A stretch of 64,000 bases of DNA from Daphnia carinata (Eukaryota): NCBI RefSeq assembly GCF_022539665.2, contig NC_081331.1:10726001-10790000 (forward strand), read 5' to 3'. The notes under the pieces were generated by a model that was not told the origin of the DNA, made no database searches, and was given only the letters and a program-made list of their open reading frames with translations. Position numbers and translations under genes: made by a program. Below, one piece after another: positions 12,739-24,023 of this stretch (position 1 is the stretch's first letter; each line of letters starts with the position of its first letter).

Positions 12739-14152
12739 TCAGAGTGTCCTCGCAATATTGTAGTCCGTGCTTTTATGATTTTCTTCGTGACTGTTGTGAG
12801 ATTCACGTCCATCTGATGGTTCAACATCAAGTCCTCTGTTGGGAAAGTGGTGCCATAGACGTGGATTGATCATCGAAACGTCTATAGATGAAACCCGCTC
12901 ACTGATATCTGTTGAGCCATTCTTCAAAATTAGGTGAAAGATGCAGACACCAAGAATAGCTCCAACATGCGGGCCGACCAAAAATATCCAGAACCAGTTG
13001 TATTCTCGAAAGCTGTAAATCAAAACTCATTTTTCGAAAAACTGAATATGTTTTTTAATTTACTAAACAACTAGCAAACCTGAATACACCTAGTCCCCAT
13101 CCACCAAGGAAGGAAACCAATCGAGGAGCGAGATCCCGCGCCTGAAATATCATTTAATCATAACCAAAATAAGAACAAGAATCGTGGTTAATAAAAAAAA
13201 GGTAGTGTCCTTGACATACCGGATTGAGGGCGTAACCTCCATTAGATCCGTAGGCGACACCGATGGCCAACAGCGTGAAACCAACATAGAGTGGCTGCAA
13301 GAAATTTGGCACGTTTGAATACCGTTTGTCAGTTACCACGCATATGACGAGCGTGAAAATCATGGTCGATAATATCTGCGATGTAACGCATTAATGATAC
13401 ATCCCGGGGGTAACGAAAAGAAAGTGCAGTTTCAAACATACTTCTTCAATTAAACCAATACTAGCCGACGAGTAATGGGCTGGATAATTGGCAAAAATTG
13501 AAGCCATTCCAGGTTCTGTAATGTTCTTCTCAATGCGAAATTTGCCGTTGACTTTTCCTTCTAAAATTCCTTCTACTCGAGAAAGAAAGGCGATCGGAAT
13601 ATACGCGAAAAAAGTTATCTGGGATTTAGTATTTACCGTGATATACTCCGAGAACTGTTCCAGAAGCGGCAAGAGCTCCTACGTATTGAGCACACCAATA
13701 CACTGGCAGCCTTCTCCAAGGAAAACGACGAACCAATGCTAGCGCCATTGTCACCGCGGGATTCAAATGACCGCCTGTCCGCAAAGACAAAGCATGCGAC
13801 AATGAAAATCATAAAGAGTTGGCTTTACATTTACCGTACCTGATATATTGGCTGACACGATCATTCCTAAAGAACAACCCAAAGCCCACCCCCAGTTAAT
13901 AGTAAAATAGTCACCTTTTTCACCATTGGTTAACTGCGATTGAGCTATGCTCCCATTCCCAATGACCTGCAAATAATTATATTAGCAATTCAATTGACAC
14001 GTAGGCGTTTGTAGTTTGCTTGTCATTCTGTTTTGTTTGCCCAAGGTTATTTATAAGTGATTTTAAAGACAACTTACTACCAAAATATAGGTGCCTAAAA
14101 ATTCGGCGAATGCTGCCCGAAATACTGAAGGAAACGGGAACCGCTTACACAT
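12739..14152 (-). CDS. Aquaglyceroporin (AQP3/7/9/10-like MIP channel), multi-exon
   Basis: MCKRFPFPSVFRAAFAEFLGTYILV/VIGNGSIAQ..ISG/GHLNPAVT..LPVYWCAQYVGA..IFANYP..GGYALNP/ARDLAPRL..WFWIFLVGPHVGAILG. Two NPA boxes; the second is followed by RD, the glyceroporin signature. Start codon is a best guess. Confidence 0.93.
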
Positions 14153-14848
14153 CTCTATTTTTTCTTGGTTTGTAGAGCCTAAAACAAAATACCAAACCTT
14201 CCAGCTGCGTCCAGACGGCAACCTTGCTTAAACGGGATCGTATCGACAACTCAATGGTTTTCAACTTGGTATACAACGACGTTACGTAGCACTGAAAGTA
14301 CAGAGGTCCATTAGTTACATCTCGTGCATTAATGAAGACGACTTGCAGCACCTTGTGAATCAATAACTACAAGCTCGAATCTAGCATATGTGATGCTTAG
14401 ATGAAAATAGGTGATAGCTGTGAAACAAGACATCCCGGAAGCGTTTCTCACCTGTGTTGCACGAGTGAGGCACTTAGGAGATATTCAATTAGCTTAAATT
14501 GGTTCACGAAGGTTTTCTGTTTTTACCTCGATTAATATTCTAGTCGAGTAGCAATACGACAAGAATCATGCTAGACAAAAAATCTTTAATGAACCAAACC
14601 TGACGAAAATAATTCTTGTAGCCTTGAGTTATTCTTTTTGGCTTTCTAAAATAAGAAAAATTTTATCATTTTCACTTTAAGTTTGAGTGTAACCAATATT
14701 TTATAGATTTAATAAATGAACTGTATAGCTTCAAGTATAAACTTTAATTTTACAGCTCTGTCTTACAAATTTGCCTTTTAGTATTCTTTTAACATTGGAA
14801 AATTTGGCAAACACATTGCAAACGCTGTTTGACTGTTCTCAAAGACCA

Positions 14849-14856
14849 TATAAATA
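14849..14856 (+). promoter_or_regulatory. TATA box of U6atac copy 1 (type 3 Pol III promoter)
   Basis: TATAAATA begins 31 nt upstream of the initiating G at 14880. The PSE could not be identified by eye. Confidence 0.7.
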
Positions 14857-14879
14857 GATGGCGTTACACAATGCATATC

Positions 14880-14978
14880 GTGTAGGACGAAAGGAGAGCT
14901 GTTTAGCACTCCCCTTGATAAGGACGGACACACAAATGATCACGGCACAACCCTTAGCAGGGTGTGATCATAATTTTT
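14880..14978 (+). ncRNA. U6atac: U6atac minor-spliceosomal snRNA, copy 1 (likely functional)
   Basis: GTGTAGGACGAAAGGAGAGCTGTTTAGCACTCCCCTTGATAAGGACGGA matches the recalled metazoan U6atac 5' end: GTGT start, AAGGAGAG box, TTAGC catalytic triad, TCCCCTTGA-AAGGA-GGA internal stem-loop. 3' hairpin ATGATCAC..CCCT-TAGC-AGGG..GTGATCAT, TTTTT terminator, upstream TATA. Confidence 0.9.
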
Positions 14979-15046
14979 CAAAATTTTAAATATTCCTATT
15001 TTTCCATGTAACTAGATATGCACCCGAGCGGTCCTTATAAGCATAA

Positions 15047-15104
15047 GTCGAAAAGCTCTTGAGCTTCTTCGTGGGCCTTGAGTTTGGCCAGGGCAAAAGC
15101 TTTC
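15047..15104 (+). repeat. 58-bp duplicated fragment of the CAT transporter last exon (source 16806-16863, same orientation)
   Basis: GTCGAAAAGCTCTTGAGCTTCTTCGTGGGCCTTGAG(T/G)TTGGCCAGGGCAAAAGCTTTC; 57/58 identical by eye. Confidence 0.92.
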
Positions 15105-15110
15105 TCGGCT

Positions 15111-15794
15111 TACAGCGCTAGCGCGAAGCAGCAAAAATATTCGGTGTATTTAAAAAATGGTTGGTCTAATGAAAAAAGAATGACACATTTGTGATTTTCG
15201 TTTAATTTAGAATCAATTTCATGTATTTTTATAGCTATATCTAGATGTTTCGAGCAAAAAAATGAAATAGCCGAAAAAGTCGGGCTTATTTTGCCGAGCT
15301 TATTTTGTCGGGGTTAATTTTGAGCATGGAAGAAATTCAGGGTTGTAATTTTGACATTATATTTGATTCAAGTTAACCTAAAATACAACGCTGATTTCAG
15401 TAAAAATATTTATTTTCTCGTCCAACTAACCGTTGGCGTGCCAGCATTGATCACCCGTTTTTTCCGTTTATTAAAAAAGCTATAAGCCCAACGTAAAAAT
15501 AAACTTCATATTTGTGATTCTCGTTCAATTTAGAATCGGAATCATGTATTTTAAATCAAATCTAAATTTTGGCCAAAAATGGAAAAGTGAGAAGGCTATA
15601 GCCTTACCATTTTTGCCAAAATCTGCAAAAAATGAAAACGCTTAGATTCCCTTAAAAATCACAATGAACAAGCAAACTTAAACGTTAATTTCGATAAAGT
15701 GGTTTGTTTTTGCGTCAAATCAATCGTTTTTTAAATACACGGAATATTAACCACAACACTAGGGCTCCAGTACGCTACAGCGCTAGCGCGAAGC
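15111..15794 (+). mobile_element. Unit of an interspersed palindrome-rich repeat family (non-autonomous, MITE/foldback/Helitron-like, unclassified)
   Basis: Bounded by the direct repeat TACAGCGCTAGCGCGAAGC (15111-15129 and 15776-15794). 15445-15790 is highly similar to ~29485-29830. Contains the GAAGGCTATAGCCTT palindrome and GGGCTTATTTT subrepeats. No coding capacity. Confidence 0.75.
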
Positions 15795-15799
15795 GTATT

Positions 15800-15898
15800 G
15801 TGTAGTACGAAAGGACAGCTGTTTAGCACTCCCTTTGATAAGGACGGAACACATAATGATCACGGCATAACCCTTGCGGGGATGTGATCGTAATTTTT
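15800..15898 (+). ncRNA. U6atac: U6atac snRNA copy 2 (variant or pseudogene)
   Basis: About 10 differences from copy 1, including GGAGAG->GGACAG. Retains the AGC triad, internal stem-loop, 3' hairpin and TTTTT. The ~60 nt 3' flank is homologous to that of copy 1. Upstream sequence is repeat DNA with no TATA near -30. Confidence 0.8.
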
Positions 15899-16142
15899 AA
15901 AATTCTATTTTCCCATATAACTTGATATGCAGCCGTCCGTCTCTTATAGGCATGATATACAAAGCGCGGATGTAAAATGCGCGTCTTGGCGATAAAGGAT
16001 AATAATGGGCACTGAACACAATAAGCAAAATGTATATTGATTTAGCAGAGGCTTTCATTGAACAAGGTGTGTTTACCTTTTAGTGATCATCTCAATACAT
16101 CTTTTCAAGTCACTAAATAGCTGTAAGAAACATAAGAAATGG

Positions 16143-19100
16143 CTAATGTGCCTCCGCGGCAGCCGAATCATTTTCAGTTATAAGGCCAGGTGATTCACGA
16201 CGGTGAGCAATAGCGCTCGGCGTAATACTGACGTTTTCGACAGAGACGCCGTCGTCATCACCGTCAGACGGATGAGCGGCCAGGGCGGAATTAAAAGCTT
16301 TTTTCAACTCGTTCAACATCAATTCGGACGAAGTGTTGGAAGCTTTCCTTTCACTTCCTGGGGAGTCCAGTGGCGTACGATGTCCTATTGGGCTTGCACC
16401 TGATGAAACCGGAGTAGTTTCGGAAATCGGAATTGCTCTGCCATGTTCTCCAACGCCCAAATTATCCCCCTTATCGCTTTCCTCGGTCGGATCGATGACT
16501 GGCGTCTTGGTTTTTAGCTCTTGCATAATGGCAACTAACGGACCAGCTGGACGTGGAGTAAGTGGTGGTTTCTCCGATATCGCATCAACAGCCACTTGCT
16601 GCTCTTTGCCGATGGTGGCGAAGATTTGTTCCAAACTGTTATGAAGCTCTGCGACTTGCTGGGCAACAACGGCCATATTTTTTTGCAATTCCATTTGCTC
16701 CGCCTCTTTCTCAGCCCTCAATTGTTGAAACACTTGCTCGGAGAGCTCGTGAGAATGAAGCATGGCCGCCATAAAAATAGCCTGTTCTTTCTCCAATCGG
16801 GCTTTGTCGAAAAGCTCTTGAGCTTCTTCGTGGGCCTTGAGGTTGGCCAGGGCAAAAGCTTTCGCAGCTTCGTCTTCATTTCCTTTCTCTTGATGCGCAT
16901 CGTGCTGTTTGTCGTGAAGGTCATCATCGTCCAACGATGTTACAGGTACAAGACGAGTTAGAGACATTTTCTTATTGGTCGGATCTGGAACGAACCCAAT
17001 GCTAGCGGTGGTTGTGACGGACGCAACGGCGTTCACTGTATTCTTATCCGGCAAAGGAGCCGTACCGCCAGGTGGAATTTTGCCTCTTCGGATGTATTCT
17101 TCAGAGCTGTTCCACATTCCGTAGCCAAAATAGAGCAGGAAACCTGATGATGATACATTGGCAAACGTCAAAAATTAATAAACACTTTCGTTAATGCGAT
17201 GGCAACTCCAAATTTACCAATGGCCATCCAGACACCGAAACGGATCCAAGTAGCACCGTCTAGTTTTAACATGAGGTAGGTACTGAACGAGAGTTACAAT
17301 AAGTATGTTATAAATTTTGCAATCTCCATAAATAAAAGTTGATGCTTTTACTTGATAATGACGGAAAGACACGGAACGACGGGAACGCCAGGTACTTTAA
17401 AGTACAGCGGGATTCTCGAACGAGGAAGCATGATGAGATAAATAACAAGCATCACCATCGGTCCAAAACTTGCATCAAGATAAAAAGTAATTGGTCTTAA
17501 TGATTTTACTTAATGATTAGAGAATCGACATGCTTACCTGATTCCAACTCCGAAAAGCACCCAAGGACTGGTGTTGTCTTCCAGCAGAACGAACATCCCG
17601 CAAAGGATGAGGGAAAGAATACCTGAGAGGAAAGTGAATTACACACGCTATACTAGTGGCACAATCAATATCAAATGAGGCAGGGGGTATGTACAGTAGG
17701 CAACAGTCGAATAAATTGCTTTTCTAGACGACTGCTTGGTAGGCAATCGTTGCCATGGCATTCGGGATTCCTTGTCCACTTCACCGTTCATTGCAAGAAG
17801 GTCCACTTCAGCCGCTTCATAGCTGCAAGGTACATGTAGATTTTAAATGGAATTTATACGGGCATTTTTAATGAGTTCCTCGGTCACTTACCGTAAAATG
17901 AGAACGCTAATAGCCACCAACGTATAAGCTAGTAGAGTGCCAATGCTCATCCTAATCCCGAAACATGTAATGAAAAATAATTTAAATGGTTGCTTGTGCG
18001 GCGTTTGAATGTTGTTGGATTCATTCTTACATGTCCACCAATGAGTCCAAATCGAAAAGAGATCCAAGGACGGCTGTTAGTGATAAAATAGATAGCTTAT
18101 TTATAACGAACTCCGATGCAACTGAAACAAAACATTTTGCGTACCTGCCAAAACTCCTGAAACGGCTGTGGCAATGACGGGCGTCTATATTTTGAACAAT
18201 AAAAAAAATTAGCACTGTTTAACAATTTAATGTACTGGGGAAAATACCGACCTGGAATCTTGGGTTAATTTTGGCCAGAAAACGGAACATGAGTCCATCC
18301 TTGGCTATGGCATAAATCACGCGCGGAAGAGGAATCATGGCTCCCAACAAACTGAGGTTCAGTGAATTTTGTTTAATTATTGCAAGAGAAATTATTAAAC
18401 AATGAAATACAAGATGCATACCTTGCAGCTAGCCCAAACAGGGACCCAATGCTGATTGTCATGGCTGCAATGTCCCAGCCAATCTGCTCAAAAGCGTATA
18501 CCAATGGTGTGTTGGGATCCTGTGACGCAAAAAGATGTTAAGAAAAGGCCTCAAAATGACCTGAGAAATTTCAATCACCTGAAGATAGTAGGGCAGCATA
18601 AGTGTAATAACGGTGGAAACGCCAAAATAGGCGAAAAAGACGATGATGAGCGTCAAATTGATACTGAAAGGGATGGATTTTTTGGCGTTCTTGGCCTCTT
18701 CTCCTATAACGAATAAGAGGATCTTATTACGATGTAAAGGGTAGTTTAAATTTCCAATTAATGAAATGAAGTTGTTAAATACATACCCGTAGACGCGATG
18801 GAATCGAAACCAACGAAAGCGAAGAAGCATTTTGCGGCACCAGCCATTACTCCGGAGAATCCATAAGGAAAGAAACCTCCAGTGCCGAAACCTTCCGGTA
18901 CTTGTTCAGCTGGAATACGCCAATTGTTCGGATCGGCTATGCAACAGAATTCAACATTATTAAATTTTGAAAAGGCCTGATGAATTATGTCAAAGACAAG
19001 AAAGTTTAAAATATTATACCGTTAATAGAACCTCCTATGATGACAAAAATAACTACGGTAATATTAACAAACGTGAAAATGTTTGTGAAGATGGCCGATG

Positions 19101-20150
19101 AGCGGACTCCCAGCCCCAGAAGTACTGTTGGATTAGTATATAGAAGGTAAAATTTAGAACCGGTGGAATGAATGGCATCTAATTTCGCTTACCTGCCAGA
19201 GCAAGAGTGACGGTCAAGCAAAAGAAGTCGAAATAAGGGGAGAAGCCTGGTGAGTTAAGCGGAAACGTCTCCTGGAACGCCTGGCTCATTGTGTAATTGG
19301 TCAAAGCATCCAAATTAGCGCTAAAGGCTCGAGCCACGCTAGCCGTGCCTTAAAGATTCATAAATTTAAAATAAATATTGCGTTTCTACATGTCCCAAAA
19401 TTAATGCCAACCAATAAGATATTCGAGGATCAAATTCCAGCCAATGACAAAGGCGATGAATTCACCAACGGTGACGTAGCTGTAAATATAAGCAGAACCG
19501 GCTTTGGGTACACGGGCACCAAATTCCGCATACGACATTGCTGAAATAGAAATAAATAGTGATCAATACATTTCCCAATCAAGTCAATAATAACAGAAGA
19601 CGTAACAAAAATAAACGTTCAAATCGTAAACAAAGTGAGAACGAAACCACACATTATCTCCCAGTAGTCATTGATCTTTCAACTTGACACAACTTCTATC
19701 TGACTGGACATTGATCTCCCATTTCCTTTTTTTGTTCGTTCTCTGACAACTTTTGAAAAGTATTCTAGTAGGCATTCTATCTCTTCAAACGTCATCAGCC
19801 CAACGTCAAAAATATGAAGTCATCAATTATATATGCAATACTTATCGGAAAAAAACAAGAAATGGAATTTCAATGATACCTGCGAATGCGGATGCGATGG
19901 CCGCTACCATGAATGAAATGCAAACAGCTGGACCGGCCGTGTCGAGGGCAACAGAACCGGCCAAGACGTAAATGCCAACACCCAATGTACTGCCGACACC
20001 CAAAAGGGTCAAATCGAAGGTGTTGAGCACTTTGGCCAACGCTGTAGTTCCATGTCCGGCATTCGGATCCGCTTCTTCCAGCCCGTAAGTTTTCCTCCGA
20101 GCCCAACGGCTGAAGGTGTTTTTCACCGACAACTTTTTAAGATCCGCCAT
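16143..20150 (-). CDS. Cationic amino acid transporter (SLC7A1-4 / slimfast-like, APC superfamily), multi-exon, long C-terminal tail
   Basis: [173 protein letters not shown]. Confidence 0.95.
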
Positions 20151-20685
20151 TTCGTTTCACTTTTGTTCTAACGAAAGGCCAAAACAATCACGAGATTTAT
20201 CGTGTGTCAATCAGGTGCGGTTGTTCTGGCCGTACTGACACGTACACACGTAATGAAACCTTGGCACACAGGTAGGTGTATATCAATAAAGTAAACCAAG
20301 GCGAAACTGAATGCGTTAATCAGCGTTACGATAACATTTTGACACGGTTACATGATGATATCCATGCTATGTTGGTTTATTTTTTTTTCTTTTAGTCAAT
20401 AGTCACTGTGACAGTTTGGATTTATGTTGAAAGCCATACTCATTGGCCTGAGACATATTTGAGCTGAACCTCCTTGAACCGATCGAACAGCAATCGTGAT
20501 CCACTGTTTATTTAGTACACATCGTTTGAAATCAGATGAACCGGACACGCATTTTAATGTTGGAAAATTTCTTTTTTCTTTATTATACTGAAATGTCGTT
20601 AATACAAAACCAATTAACAAATCTCTTAAATCACGTAGAGAAGACAGGTATATAACACATTATCGAAAATGAAAAATATACAATC

Positions 20686-22796
20686 CTAACGGTTATCAGG
20701 GCCTCTTTTAGCATTAACAGCCGGTAACGTACGGAAGCGCCGAGCCTCGTTAAAGCCACCCTCGTCGTCGTTTCCCGGGCTGCTTAATTGACGTTCGGCT
20801 TGTGGCTGATAAAACGGACGATAATGAGATTGTGAAGGTTGGTGGGGTTGCGACACCACTCTCGCTGCTGAACGAGACACCGTAGGTTGAGGCGGACGGG
20901 TGTAAAATGCAATGGAATCTAATGCATGCGATTGTTGCGGCTTCCCCTGATGTGGACCACGGCTAACAGGATGGCAAGGAACCTGAAACTGCGTAAAAAT
21001 GTCTATGCATAATAGCATGGAATTAGATTTTGAGCTGTTCATAATAAAATTCAAACCTGGGGATGCTGACTATGTGTGAAATTGTTGAAATGACACTGAT
21101 TCTGGAATTGGGCAGCCAAAAGAAGATCGTCAGCTGACTTGTGTGGAGGGATTGGCGGCTGGGGATACAGGCCGTAATACTGGGGATCCACCGGCCTGTT
21201 CATACAAGACGTTGGGCTACAAATATAAAAAAAATAAGATTTTCGCTACCAGTACCAACTGGAAATTTCGAAATTTTCTTACTTATGGGGATGCTGATTT
21301 CTGACCGTTGAGTATTCGTACCCGAACCCGTAACCACCATAAGCCTTGCAATTACCACCACCTCGATCTGACGGACGGATCAAGTAGTGTTCATCTGGTG
21401 AAGGAGCACTGGTCTCCTTGTAACAGGATAAATGAACGCTACGCGGACGCTGTTGGTTTTGCTGCTTGGAACGGCGAGGTTCAGACGCTGACGTAGAGAT
21501 CCTATATCCTTCTGGCCGGAAGCAACAGTCACAATCAGATGCACGGCCAATACACAAATACGACAGCCCTCTACTGCTGCCTTGGCTGCATTGTGCATCC
21601 GTGTGAAATGAAGATCCGCCAGCCGATGGACTCCTCCGAGCTGCTTCAGTCGGATTCTGAGGGCGGGGTAGTGATTTGCTGGAATAAGATCCGGGAGTAA
21701 TAGATGGCGGTGAATTAGTGGGATGGCGACGGATCACTACACGAGACGGATTCTGAATCGTGTGGTACGTTCCTGGCCCTCGGTTTTTATCCAAACCTAT
21801 CGGGGAAAAGATGGTCAGTTCTTCCAAGTTATTGGCTGTCCAGCGCTTGGGTAGGACATTGCTGTCTTTGTATGAGTAGAATTAAAATAATTTTTCCATA
21901 CGGGATACAACAGCTTTCTCTTTGGCGCAGACTTCCTGGTAGTCGCGAGCCTTGGCCTCCAACATCTGCGTCAGCCGGATGTACTTCATGTGCAATTCCA
22001 CCTTACGGACACTTTATTGAGTGTCATTTTTCCCAACCGAAATAACAAGAACAAAAAAAAAAAGAAACAAATTTCCATAATAAATCAAGACTGACTCATC
22101 TCATATTTTATGTATGATATGTTGTTGTTTTTCGTTACAGACCAATTTTCGTACACGACGACCATCCGTATACGATCGGGACACGACTGGATAATCGAAA
22201 CTAAGGTTGCATGGTCCGCACGCTCCACATCTTGGCCATTAATCGATACAATGACGTCCCCTTTGTGTAAGAGAACGAAACAAAAAAAACAACAAACAGT
22301 TTTTCAGGTCACGATGAGTTGCAAGAATGAGTTGTTAGAGAAAATCATCGAGCTGAACAATTTAAATTCGTGACCAAATTAATAACGGGAAATGCCTCCG
22401 TGTTGGTAAGTATCAAAATTAGGATCACGACTGCGGTCGTACAATAACATTTAACTGAAATGTTTGGCAGAAAATGTCCAGTACCTGAACGAAGGCCAGC
22501 TTTATTAGCATGTCCATTAGGATCCACGAAGTCGACGTAGGTGACAATTTCTACATCAGACTCTTCACGATATTGGATGCCATAACTCTAAATATGCGAC
22601 ATCAAACGGGATGAGATTGTAGTTAGTTTCTCGGCTAAATATACAAGGCATCAAATGTCCTTGTTTGAATATTAGATACCTGTAAAGTGAAGCCAAAAGA
22701 TCCATTGAGCCGTTCGACGATCACAGTTCTGCGGTCACTATCTGAACCTATAGTTGCACCACTTTCTCGAAAGGAAGATCTTGTCAACGAAGACAT
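20686..22796 (-). CDS. PDZ-domain scaffold of the GRASP/Tamalin / cytohesin-interacting protein family
   Basis: RRTVIVERLNGSFGFTLQ/SYGI..EIVTYVDFVDPNGHANKAGLRS/GDVIVSINGQDVERADHATLVSIIQS..RMVVVYENC/VRKVELHMKYIRLTQMLEAKARDYQEV: a PDZ domain followed by the family's leucine-zipper-like segment, then a low-complexity tail. Confidence 0.85.
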
Positions 22797-24023
22797 TTTA
22801 TATCACTCACTTATTACCAACGAGGTAACAGCTAGAATGATGGAAGCTCAATAATTGAAGATAAAACGAGAAAAAAAAGCAGCAAGCTTTACGAAAAACA
22901 CAGCCAGAGCTCGTCTACATCTCTCTCGTATTGCAAGATACGCCAGAATATAATGGCAGCCTCCAACCAATACTGCAACACGAATGGGAATCAATAACAT
23001 TTTCAGTCTGCTGCCGGATTCTAAGAAGGATGGGAGTCTGGGAGCGCAAGCGCCGTAACTATTCAGACATAACACCCGACGGCGAGTTTAGTGCAATACT
23101 GCGAAGACCCGCTTCTTACGTATGTCATACGGAACCGACATGAAGAGATTTTTTTTTCTTCCTCGCCATTTGACGCCGTCACGTGATGGACTCTTTTATC
23201 CAAAGGTACCGGATCGATTTGAAATAGCATAAGGATTAGTCGTCAAAACAAATATGACTCAATTCGCTTTCTAAATATCGGGTAAATTTTTTGCGGCAAC
23301 ATTGACAGTTAGGAGTTTTACTTATACTGTATGTTTAATCAAATTTAATCAAACGATTTCCCACGTCAGCACCCCAAAATGATCCATCCAAATTCCAAAC
23401 CTGTCAGTTCGATCTGCATACGTCAGCGTTCACACAGTGCTCGCGTATCAGCATTGATATTTCGGTTCTTTTGACGCTGTGAAATAAAACCAGCCTTTTG
23501 TGATCTAAACATCTCATGTAGATCGTAATAATCTAATTCGTGACGTGGATAGTGTCCATAAAAGGCATTAGAAGACAATTCTTGTGAGTTGGATCATATC
23601 AAATTATCAAAACATCAATCATGAATCATGTGATTGGATTACGTGATTTGGCGAACTGGCAATGCCCGTCCGTCAAGCTGGATCCTAGTAATGTCAACAT
23701 GTCTCTTGAAATCGAAGACGTAAAATAGAATGTTTGTTTGATCTACAAGTGTAGCTAAGACGCTATTTTCGTAAGTCTGCAGGAATTATAGTTTTTTTTT
23801 CTTCCACGGTGGCGTTTTATATGAATTGTACTCACTCTTAGTTGTGTCTAAATACAGCTTTTGTGCTAATGCTATCATTGGATGAGATCAGCAAGGATTG
23901 CATTTAAATCACATAACATTTTACATACTATTTTTAACCCTTTTACATCATTGTTCTTGTACACTTTAAATTTACTTTACTTTAAATGTTTTTTTATTTG
24001 TTGCCCAGAGAAAATTTCAGGAC

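Noticed and set aside
12660..12741. Open frame of ~25 codons after the aquaglyceroporin TGA (possible stop-codon readthrough)
   Set aside because: The context is TGA-A rather than the leaky TGA-CTAG, and the length is compatible with chance.
14880..14978. Alternative readings of the duplicated hairpin unit as an H/ACA snoRNA, SECIS element or hammerhead ribozyme
   Set aside because: No consistent ACA tail, SECIS spacing is too short, and there is no CUGAUGA core. The U6atac motifs plus TATA and T-tract explain it much better.
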